A model generated the notes under the pieces. That model did no database searches. It saw only the letters and a list, made by a program, of their open reading frames with translations, and was not told where the DNA came from. DNA of 64,000 nucleotides, from the NCBI GenBank assembly GCA_951406725.2, contig OX597827.1, positions 76,136,001 to 76,200,000 on the forward strand, given 5' to 3'. A program made the position numbers and the translations under genes. Below are positions 1-11,165 of this stretch, piece after piece; the first letter of the stretch is position 1; each line of letters opens with the position of its first letter. This stretch comes from Octopus vulgaris. Lineage: Eukaryota.

Positions 1-133
1 GAAGGGCATCCAGCTGTAGAAACATTGCCAGATCAGACTGGGCCTGATGCAGCCTTCTGGCTTCCCAGACCCCAGCTGAACCGTCCAACCCATGCTAGCA
101 TGGAAAGCAGACGCTAAATGATGATGATGATGA
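1..133 (+). mobile_element. Family B retro-element 3' end ((GAT)n tail)
   Basis: GAAGGGCATCCAGCTGTAGAAAC...CCATGCTAGCATGGAAA...(GAT)n, shared with copies at 14.1, 15.6, 20.5, 48.2, 48.8 and 49.3 kb. Confidence 0.8.
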
Positions 134-902
134 TATATATATATACAAGCTGAAGATCACATCGTTGCTGGGTAATTTTCCCAATAGAATGCCTTGGTGG
201 ACTTTTCGAATAGCACGTCCTTATAAGTTGCGTTCTCTCCGTTTTGACGTGAAATTTTCAAATTTTTTTCTCACTACACCCTTGCAAATGATAGAAGGAA
301 GGTTTTTGTATAAAAAAATGTTTGAAATTTTACGAAACCTCACTTCCCCTCCTTCTGGACTGATTTTTTTTTTCGTTTTTTTTTTCCACTACATTCTTAA
401 AACCAATGAGAAATGCCTTTTTCGATTTTTTAAAAAACTTGTTTCAACCCCCCCCCCCCCACCCCCCCCCACACACACACACACACATACTCAGTACTGA
501 GTTGGGGCCTTTTTTTTTTTTTGGCATTACACAATGGGAGAAACCATGAAGGTTAAAAAAAAAACAAAGTTTTTTGAAATTGGTAATCACCATTAAAATT
601 CCCACTTCCTTTATTTTCGAATTGAAAATGAAATGTAATTTCAAAACAACAGAAAGATCTTTTTCATTTTTTCATTAACCCTGATCCTCCATAAGTCGTA
701 AAACTTCAGCTTTTTTTAAAATTCTTTTTAATCATAGTTTTAAAATTCAGACATTACAAATCGGCAATTTGTTTCTGTGTATAATATCAAAATGGTTTTC
801 AGGCAGAAAGGTGTGTGATTTAAGGTAGGTTTAGCTGTTGTTTCTAGCACATCCCACGACCACCTGGTACCTTCTTCGTTTCTTTGTTATTCTGACATGT
901 AC

Positions 903-1283
903 TCTTTCACTTGCTTCAGTCATTTCATTGTGGCCATGCTGGAGCACCACCTTTAGTTGAGCAAATTGACCCCAGGACTTATTCTTTGTAAGCCTAGTAC
1001 TTATTCTATCGGTCTTCTTTTGCCGAACGGCTAAGCTACGGGGACGTAAACACACCAGCATCGGTTGTCAAGCTATGTTGGGGGGATGAACAAACACAGA
1101 CACACAGACATATATACGACGGGCTTTTTTTAGTTTCCATCTACCAAATCCACTCACAAGGTTTTGGTCAGCCCAAGGCTATAGTAGAAGACACAGTTGC
1201 CCAAGGTGCTATGCTGTGGGACTGAACCTGGAACCATGTGGTTGGTAAGCAAGCTACTTACCACACAGCCACTCCTACACCTA
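903..1283 (-). mobile_element. tRNA-derived SINE family A
   Basis: Reverse complement of the family A consensus (A box TGGCTGTGTGG, B-box-like GGTTCAGTCCC, ACCTTGGGCAA core-like motif, GACTGAAACAAGTAAAAGAG tail). Confidence 0.85.
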
Positions 1284-1298
1284 TAAAAAGTGTGAAAC

Positions 1299-1416
1299 GC
1301 TTACAGAACCTAGGTTTCCCAAGCGGTCACCCATCTAAGTACTCACTAGGTTTGATGTTGCTTAACTTCAGTGATCGGATGAGAACCGGTGCTTTCAACG
1401 TGATATGGCCATATTA
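1299..1416 (-). pseudogene. 5S rRNA gene copy / pseudogene
   Basis: Reverse complement ATGGCCATATCACGTTGAAAGCACCGGTTCTCATCCGATCACTGAAGTTAAGCAACATCAAACCTAGTGAGTACTTAGATGGGTGACCGCTTGGGAAACCTAGGTTCTGTAAGC follows the invertebrate 5S consensus with A and C boxes. Most differences are CpG-type transitions. A T-run (TTTTT) follows about 10 nt downstream. Confidence 0.9.
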
Positions 1417-2006
1417 ATGGTTTTCAATATTTTTCTCCCGACTAACACGTTTTATGGAATAATGATGTGGTGGTCCGTTGCTGGGATTTAAACAACAAAA
1501 ATTTGTAATATGAATTTTTAACCCCTTCTCTGCATCAGCCAAGTCCAAGTGTGTGTAAGATATAACCTATATACTAACAGAAAAGTATACTATTAAAACA
1601 AATTATCTTTTACATACCTTTTTTAAATCACTTTGTCGCTGTAATGTAATTCCTTACACACACACACACACACTTACCATGAGAAATATACTTTTATAGA
1701 GAGTGAGAGAGAGTGTGGTAAAAATGTATGGAGACGGGGAAAGTTTACCATGAAAAAAGGCGAAAAATGAAAGAGATAGACATGTTTTCTGTTGCCGTCA
1801 CAGATTTTGAAATTTTACTACTAAATGAAAATGTTCAAATTTGGTATGTTGATGTACTTTTTCACACCACATATGAGTTTCTGATTCCAGGAAAATTTTA
1901 GGAAAATGCTACAGAGGTTTAATGTTTCATCATTTTTACCCAGTCAGAAAACAGGATTTGTGTGTCATAGCAATCATAAAATGAAAGTAAACGTTAGAAG
2001 ACGTAA

Positions 2007-2410
2007 TAGGCGCAGGAGTGGCTGTGTGGTAAGTAGCTTGCTTACCAACCGCATGGTTCCAGGTTCAGTCCCACTGTGTGGCACCTTAGGCAAGTGTCTT
2101 TTACTATAGCCTCGGACCAACCAAAGCCTTGTAAGTGGAATCAGTAGGCAAAAACTGAAAGAAACCCGTCACATATATATATATGTGTGTGTGTGTGTGT
2201 ATGTTTATGTGTTTGTCCCCCCTCCCGCCATCTCTTGACAACCGATGCTGGTGTGTTTATGTCCCCGTAACTTAGTGGTTTGACAAAAGAGACCAATAGA
2301 ATAAGTACTAGCCTTACAAAGAATATGTTCTTGGATCGATTTGTTCAACTACAGGCGGTGCTCCAGCATGGCCGCAGTCAAATGACTGAAACAAATAAAT
2401 GAGTAAAAAG
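2007..2410 (+). mobile_element. tRNA-derived SINE family A
   Basis: Full-length copy TAGGCGCAGGAGTGGCTGTGTGGTAAG...GTCAAATGACTGAAAC with an internal (TA)n(TG)n spacer. Confidence 0.9.
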
Positions 2411-2794
2411 AGCATAGTTTTAAATAAAATGAAAGCAGTTTATGAGAGATAATACTTATTGATTGATAAAGGGTGTGCTAAATAATTGAGAGAGATACAT
2501 TTGTGGTGACAGATAGAGAGTAGGAGAGTTGTCAATCTAAAAGTTGAGCTATTTCTTGTGAAAAATTATATTTTTTATAATTATTTACGGACCCCGCTCT
2601 CTTCAGGATGCAGATTTTGAAAATCAAATTCGGTTTTCTCAAGGATGCACCGTTTCAGAGCCTTTCAGGACTAAATACACACGCATAATTACTTAGACTT
2701 GCATTTATATAGTAGGCGCGTGTGTATATGCATACACGGGTATCTGTGTACCCTTGTCTTGACATTACATGATGGTTGTAAACAAGTATTACCA

Positions 2795-3137
2795 CTAGGG
2801 CCTCCGTTGGTCATGGCTGACCATGGATGATGTCATCCGTCCGTAGAGTTGTCTATTCAGTTTTTGCAACGCCTCCTGTGGTTGTAGAGACCAATGCAAA
2901 GGTCACACCTATACGTTGAATCCGGTTATTTCTTTTCTGCAGGCTTGGTTTTCAGCTGCCGCCACCCTCGAATTCTCTTCGCCGGGGCCTGCAGTTGTTT
3001 GTGAAGAGTGCCTCTCCAGCTGGTTCAGTCAGCTGCGAGATCCTCCCAGGAATTGGTGTTGATGCCAAGTGCCTTCGTATCCCTCCTGCACACGTCCCTG
3101 TACCTCAGCTTCGGGCAGCCAATGTTTCTCCGCCCTT
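2795..3137 (-). mobile_element. 5'-truncated RTE-clade LINE 3' end
   Basis: Minus strand translates to KGRRNIGCPKLRYRDVCRRDTKALGINTNSWEDLAAD*...YRCDLCIGLYNHRRRC, an RTE ORF C-terminus pattern. Flanked by a 16-bp TSD TAAACAA(G/A)TATTACCA (2779-2794 and 3138-3153). Confidence 0.8.
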
Positions 3138-3312
3138 TAAACAAATATTACCATCATACAAATGATGTCTTTATTTCCAGTCTTCTATGGATAAACATGT
3201 CTGACCATAGGAAATATTGCCTTGCTTAGAAACAGTGAGTGTTGGTAACAGGAAGAGCATCCGGCCATAGAAGAGCTGCTCCAACAAATATTGTCCAAGC
3301 CATGCCAACATG

Positions 3313-3715
3313 TCTTTCTTCTCTTGTCTTGAGACAGCATTCACCCGGAGTGGGTTGAGCTGGCTTCATTCATCCTTAATGCTAAAGTCCAACCCCTCCT
3401 CATCATGGTAAGGGATGAAACGGGATTGTCAGAGCTATACCGTCGGAGACTTCGGTTTCTGGTAGGGCCACCCAAGGCAGAATGTTCCGACACCCAGCGG
3501 TATCAGAGCCGCGCCCGGCTAACAGGACTCTGGTGAACAGAAGCGTCTGGTCCAGCAACTGGCGCCTTCAGCCAGTCCTGTCCTTGCATCTGTGGAAAAT
3601 CTACGGCAAACAAGACGTTCTCCCAACAGGGATATACTTGCGACTGGGGACCGCTAGCGAACTTCCTATTCTCAAGATCCTTCAAACATTCTTCATGTAT
3701 TCCTCGTGTACATCT
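3313..3715 (-). mobile_element. 5'-truncated LINE 3' end (probably RTE-like)
   Basis: GC-richer insert flanked by a perfect 12-bp TSD CATGCCAACATG (3301-3312 and 3716-3727). The minus strand ends in an (AAGA)-like tail. Clade assignment is tentative. Confidence 0.65.
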
Positions 3716-3783
3716 CATGCCAACATGGAAAAGTGGATATTAAATAATGATTATAAATGTGTATATATATATATATATATACA

Positions 3784-4062
3784 CGGACTCGCGGTCATAG
3801 GATCGCGGTTTCGATTCCCAGACCGGGCATTGTGAGTGTTTATTGAGCAAAAACACCTAAAAAGCTCCACAAGGCTCCAGCAGGGGTGGGGGTGATCCCT
3901 GCTGTACTCTTTCACCACTCTTTCTCCCACTCTTTCTTCTGTTGGCCTGTTCGCTTAGCCAGCAGGGTGGCTAAAACATTCGAAGGCTAAAACAATGCGA
4001 ACGCATTGTGACCAGCGATGTATAACAACATCTGATGGTCTGGTCGGTCACGTGATCACGTG
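3784..4062 (+). mobile_element. tRNA-derived SINE family C, alternative-tail variant
   Basis: Head GGACTCGCGGTCATAGGATCGCGGTTTCGATTCCCAGACC and body match 49689-50065, but the 3' half differs. Confidence 0.75.
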
Positions 4063-4064
4063 TG

Positions 4065-4097
<33 letters not shown>

Positions 4098-4765
4098 CGC
4101 GTGTGTGTGAAAATGCAGTCACAGAATTTTTATCTGCTGGCTCACTGCAATGCATATTACATGTCTAATCAGCATTCCAAGGTCACACAACAAACATATT
4201 GTTATCTTATCATTACGCATGTTTTACTGACAAAGTCTGATGAATTAGCAATATAAGACAAAATATTCTTCCTCTTGTTGTTTTTTTGCACCAAGGAATC
4301 TGTAGTTGCACCAGCCTGTCACCAAACACATTCCAGTTATGAACATCCTATCATTTTTTCTTCTGTGTGTGTGTGTTTCTAGAAATAACGTATCGAGAAC
4401 TGTTAAGTCCAATTTCATTTGCATGTTGAATAAGAGGTCAACTGATAAGTTTACAGTTTAATCCAGTTCAATGTGTCTTCCGTTTGTAACTCTACACACA
4501 TCTCTTCGATACTCCAGTCGGATGAGTGACGAAGGACTTCACAGACTCATTGTATGCATATCCTTTGCCTCGTGTGTGTGTCTACAGACATAATTAGACA
4601 AGCATGTGTATAGCTATGTTAGTAAATGTCTGCTCTACTGATTAATCACTGTGGCTTAACAAGATCATTCAAACCTATTTATCATTAGGAGTGGCTGTGT
4701 GGTAAGTACAAGCTGATTCCCTCCTTGGTGCCCCAGGCAACTACCCAAGTTGTCAGTACCTTGAG

Positions 4766-4921
4766 TTCAATTTCCGCCGAGGTCGACTTTGCCTTTCATC
4801 CTTTTGGGGTCGATAAATTAAGTACCAGTTACGCACTGGGGTCGATGTAATCGACTTAATCCATTTGTCTGTCTTTGTTTGTCCCCTCTGTGTTTAGCCC
4901 CTTGTGGGTAGTAAAGAAATA
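4766..4921 (+). mobile_element. SINE family D, 5'-truncated, with TSD
   Basis: GAGGTCGACTTTGCCTTTCATCC...GTAAAGAAAT; TSD AGTACCTTGAG at 4755-4765 and 4922-4932. Confidence 0.85.
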
Positions 4922-6054
4922 AGTACCTTGAGCCAGCCCTGCCCAGCCCCACTGATGCCTTTTTTGTATGAATTGGACAGATGGAAACAAACACACAGGC
5001 ACATATATGTTTGTGTGTATGTGTATATATACTTTGGGATGGTCATATTTTGCCAATTAAACACCTGCACTGTCTATTTGGTCTTCACCTCAGCTTTATT
5101 ACTATTAGTTTAGTTTCTTTGTCAAAGTTCTTTTCTCACACATCCCTGTGACCTCTCTGGCAACTCTGTATCCCATGTGTCTCCTCTTGTTCTGCTTATT
5201 CCATTTTGTCTCTTCTCTTTCTCACTCAATTTCATGTCAAGAATCTTACAAACCGAATGATATATTTGTGTGCATTTGTATCTTCTTGTCTTGACTTTTG
5301 CTCTCTTGTTGCAAAGAAAGACATGCAAATAGAAGAAAATTATGCAGTTTGCTTTCAAGATCTGGTGAAAAACAAGTCTGGTCATTGAATTGTTTGGGTT
5401 CAAAGGATTAGCAGGGTGTGTGTGGGTGGGGTGGGGGATGAATATTACCTCGATTGGAAATGGGTGAGAGTTGGAGACAACATTGGTTTCAGAGATAGAA
5501 ATCTTTTATTTTTGAAATATCCATGAATACATTATGCAACAACACAACATTTAATGCAAACAGAAACTAAGGAATATTTTCCCTGATTTTAATCATTTTT
5601 TGGTAATTTTTGTTTTTTGTTATGTTTTGTTTCGTTTTATGGTTTTTGGGGGGGCTGGGGGAATATTGAACACAGGGTTGGAGACAATTATTGATTTACT
5701 AAAATGGGATCACAGAGATTTGGAATCCCCTGCTCTTTTAGAATTTCTTTGAAGATATATAACTGTATACACCTACTGCCCAATTCGCAAAAAAATCATT
5801 TTTTTTTTTATCTTGTAAATCTTGTTTTATTTTTTTCATCTTGTTTTTTAAAACAAAATTAATTTTTGTTCTTTTTCTTTTGTAGATTGTTTTGCTAGAG
5901 CCTTCCAACTGTTTCTTTGAGAAGTGAAAGAGAATTTTCCTGCCAGAACTACCAGTTACCATTCTGATGGTGCCATTCAGTGCTACGTTAAGGTTTACTA
6001 GAGACTGTTAAACACTAAACCTTTTACTTCTCAGATATATTTGTTATATAAAGT

Positions 6055-6459
6055 ATGGAGAAACTTCACAGAGAAAAGGGTATTTCTGGGGATGTTTGTA
6101 GCAAAACTCAATACACAAATGACAAATCAGGGGTCAGAGATGTTTGTAATAAGTCTCAGTTTTCCAGTGTTAAGTTAAACCCTGCAGATATTTGCAGTAA
6201 AGCCCAATTTCCTTCTGTCTCAAGCACCATGACGTCACAGAGGATTGCTCATGTTGGGGAGAAGCCCCTGCACAACAACATCTACGACAGCCAGTTTGTG
6301 CAGGGCTGCTACCTCCAGCCCCATGGGCTCGTCACCAACAACCAGAAGCTGTTCCATGTGGATGTCTACAACAAACAACTGTCACAGAACTGCTACATAC
6401 CGACTCACGAAAGGAGTCATACGGGGGAGAAACAGCAGCAACAACAACAGCAGCAGCAG

Positions 6460-6497
<38 letters not shown>

Positions 6498-6531
6498 GCA
6501 GCAACAACAGCAGCAGCAGCAACAACAGCAG

Positions 6532-6565
<34 letters not shown>

Positions 6566-7902
6566 AGCAGCAGCAGCAACAACAACAACAGCCACAGCAG
6601 CAGCAGCAACAACAACCACCTCAACAACAGCAGACACAGCATCAGCAACATCTACAGCTGCAGCAGCAGCAGCAACAACATCAGCAACAGTCTCAAAGTG
6701 GTCCTATTTGTCAAAAGCAGCCAGTCATAAGCAAGGCCATGCCTATTGCTTCAAAATCTCAAGTGTGTTCCAAACTCTATCACTGTGACCTTTGCCCGAA
6801 GCAGTTTGTGCGTCGAAATACTTTGGAAATGCACAGACGGATCCATACGGGGGAGAAACTGTTTCATTGTACGTTCTGTGAAAAGAAATTCGTCCACCGA
6901 GACAAACTCCAGATCCACGAGCGAATTCACACGGGGGAGAAACCGTTCCAGTGTGAATATTGCCCAAAGAAGTTTTCTCGGAAAGACAAGTTGAAAATTC
7001 ACAACAGCTCCCACACGGGAGAAAAACCGTATCATTGTAGTTATTGTCCGAAATGTTTTGTGCAACGAGACAAACTGAAAATCCACGAACGGATCCATAC
7101 GGGGGAGAAACCTTTCCATTGCGAGTTCTGCCCGAAGCAGTTCTCTCGGAGTGACAAGCTGCAGTTGCATCGACGGACACATACAGGTGAGAAACTGTTT
7201 AATTGTAATTACTGCCCAAAGCAATTCGTCCAGAGAGACAAATTGCTCATCCACGAACGGACCCACACGGGAGAGAAACCGTATCACTGTGACATCTGTT
7301 CCCGGCAGTTTGCTCGGTCAGATAAGTTGCAGATCCATAAGCGCACACATACGGGGGAGAAGCCATTCCAGTGTGAATTGTGTCCGAAGCACTTCTCTCA
7401 GAGATATTATCTGAAGGTTCATATACGGACACATACTGGGGAAAAACCTTTCCATTGTGATATTTGTCCCAAACAGTTTGCTCGCAAGGATAAATTGCAA
7501 ATTCATCGGAGAGGTCATACGGGAGAGAAACCCTTCCAGTGTGAGATTTGTTACGAGCAGTTTATGAAGAAGGATGAGTTGACAATACATAAACGTATTC
7601 ATATTATTCACAATGATGCTGTCAACTGCGAGGTTTGCACCCAGCACTTACCCAATAGATTAGGTCTACCCATTCAGCAGAGCCCTCACTCCGTTGAAAT
7701 GCCATTAAACACTGAAATCTGTTCGAAACCACATTGTACAGAGATGGATGATTTGCAGTTAATGAAACGACCCCAGAAGCTACCTGCCAAAAACAATTTT
7801 CTCAAGCCGCCTTCCTGTAAAAACATCAAAGAATACACTCCGATGAGCACGATTCTTTGGCCAATTTTGTACCCCAGTACTGGCTTACAAAATCCTCAGT
7901 AG
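6055..7902 (+). CDS. Single-exon C2H2 zinc-finger protein (10 tandem fingers) with polyglutamine tract
   Basis: 615-aa ORF. Ten C-x2-C-x3-F-x5-L-x2-H-x3-H units joined by TGEK(P/L) linkers (nt ~6775-7605). 53 consecutive Gln codons at 6433-6591. Splice acceptor 'cttttacttctcag' ends at 6034, just upstream of the ATG; a second strong acceptor ends at 5885. Confidence 0.95.
6433..6690 (+). repeat. Coding CAG/CAA repeat (polyQ)
   Basis: Mixed CAG/CAA codons; uninterrupted Q53 followed by a Q-rich tail. Confidence 0.95.
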
Positions 7903-8188
7903 TTCATTTAGGATAACGAATGTCTGGCATGAATGACGGCCAGTGTTTACCATTAGACAAACTAGTATTCAAACATTTTTCTGTATATGTGAAAGAGAGA
8001 GAGAGAGAAAGGCAGTCAATACTGTGAGTCTACTGTACTTTTGTGGTGGACAGCAATATTCCTGGATATCTTGTTCCAGCTGAATGTGTGAGTATTTGCA
8101 CTGCCTGCCTGTCTTTATGCATGGTGTATAGGTACACACACACACACATATATACACATATGTGTGTCTATATATATGTATGTATATA

Positions 8189-8770
8189 TATATAAATTAG
8201 AAAAAAAACGCCTTTTACCAATTCAAAATGAAAAATTAAATTACACCATCTATAAAATTACATATAAAAGAAATATTAAATATAAGATAAAAAATATACC
8301 GGTGATTAAGTAATGTGCAAAATAATAGATATACAGATATCTATTTTAAAGAATATATTTATATTTTAAAAGATTATTTACGCATATTTATTAATTAATT
8401 ATTTTATTGTTGTAGTTATTTTTAACCTGATGAGTGGCTATATTTATATTGAAGTGATTTTACTACTACTACTAATATTTTTACTATAATCATTTCTTAA
8501 ATATAGCCACGAAACACGTGTCGTTATTCTACCAAATATATGCGTTTTATTTTGCACATTACTTAATCATCGGTATATTTTTTATCATATATTTAATATT
8601 TCTATTATATGTAATTTTATAGATGGTGTAATTTAATTTTTCATTTTGAATTGATAAAAGGTGGTTTTTTTCTAATTTATATATATTATATTTTGTGAAA
8701 TTTGATTTAGTATTTCTAAATTGAATTTTTCCCTGTAAGTTTGGAATAATATTCCCTCATATTATTATTA
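8189..8770 (+). mobile_element. Non-autonomous Penelope-like/retrozyme-type fold-back element
   Basis: ~137-bp inverted arms (8189-8325 and 8547-8683) enclose a hammerhead motif. A short unique 3' tail follows. Both sides are (TA)n-rich. Confidence 0.65.
8423..8526 (+). ncRNA. Minimal type-I hammerhead ribozyme motif
   Basis: Stem I TAAC/GTTA; core CTGATGA at 8427-8433; perfect 13-bp stem II GTGGCTATATTTA/TAAATATAGCCAC; GAAA at 8511-8514; palindromic stem III CACGTG; GUC cleavage triplet at 8520-8522. Confidence 0.85.
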
Positions 8771-9783
8771 TTATATATATATATCTGGTTTCAAAGTTTG
8801 GCATAAAGCCAGTAAGCTCGTGGATTGGGGTAAATTGATTGCATTGACCCCAATGCTCGACTGGTACTTATAAATATATATATATATATTTATTTATTTA
8901 TGTTCAGTTATAATAAAAACAACTTTACATTAATCTTAAGGGTTACTCTATACTTTTGTAGAGTACAAATTTATGATTTCTATACAAGAATCTTGTTGCC
9001 AATGACTTTGAAGTTTTGGCCAGCTAAGCCATCGTCTGATGTGATGGCTTACCTGACCAAAACTTCAAAGTTACTGCCACCAACGCTCTTATTTATGAAT
9101 AATACATACATACATACATACCTAAATGCATGCATGCAGGCTCTCAGTCAGAGACATTAGCCCAAGATACCACTAATTATGCAGTTGTCACTAATTATTT
9201 TTTCTTTTGTCTCTGCAGCCAATTATGGCTAATGATTTTCCGGTTGACTCAAGCCCTAGGAGTGAAATTCAGTTGGTTAAAACGTGTTGAGGCCTGTCGT
9301 GTAGGGTTTTGCTGTGATTTCAAGGGTCAGCTTTGTCCAGAGTCTGTGTCATGTTGATTCTGGTGAAGGATTATGTTAAGGCTACACATGCCTGTGGGTT
9401 ACTCAGCCACTTACATGCTAATTATTGGAGAAGGCTGTTTCTTTGATTGAACAGCTCAAACACTCACAGGCAGATTGATGGAGATTCCTTTACTTTTATA
9501 TACACACATATATGTGTGTATACATATGTATGTGTGTGTGTATATATATATATATGTGCATGTGTGTATCATCGTGTGTGTATGTATGTATGTATATATA
9601 TATATATATATGTGTGTGTGTGCATGTGTGCATTATCATGTGTATATGTGTATATATATATGCACACACACACACACATTCACATATATATAAATTAAAT
9701 AATGAGGAGAGAAATTGATATTAATCAATTAAAACCAGTGGCTTAGAATATTTAAAAAATCTGAAGATTAAAAATTATATTAG

Positions 9784-9978
9784 ATACAAAATCAAGAGGA
9801 ATGACCACCAAAGTGGACTCTGAATATGCTAAATATAGACTTCAAATTACCATTACCACGAAGAATGTGTTCTCAAGAAAAATTTCAGCAAAATGCCAAA
9901 ATGTAAAAATGAGCAAGAAAAATGAAAATATACGAAATATTAGGAGTCCACTTTGGTGGTCATTCCTCTTAATTTTGT

Positions 9979-9980
<2 letters not shown>
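9784..9980. repeat. 37-bp inverted repeat (fold-back), Penelope-like remnant
   Basis: ATACAAAATCAAGAGGAATGACCACCAAAGTGGACTC (9784-9820) is inverted at 9944-9980. A hammerhead-like half-motif CGAAATATTA lies next to the right arm. Confidence 0.6.

Positions 9981-11165
<1,185 letters not shown>

Larger units (their letters stand above)
146..2716 (-). mobile_element. Non-autonomous Helitron-like element (~2.6 kb including nested SINEs) containing a 5S rRNA copy
   Basis: Minus-strand 5' end CCTACTATATAAATGC resembles a Helitron TC(TA)n start. Minus-strand 3' end ACCCAGCAACGATGTGATCTTCAGCTTG-T reads as a decayed CCCAGC-AAC-GCTGGG hairpin plus CTRG terminus, the same pattern as the element at 21381-21772. 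That the two ends belong to one element is inferred. Confidence 0.55.

Noticed and set aside
6245-7647. Overlapping and antisense ORFs within the zinc-finger gene
   Set aside because: Shadows of the CAG/CAA repeat and of repetitive finger codons.
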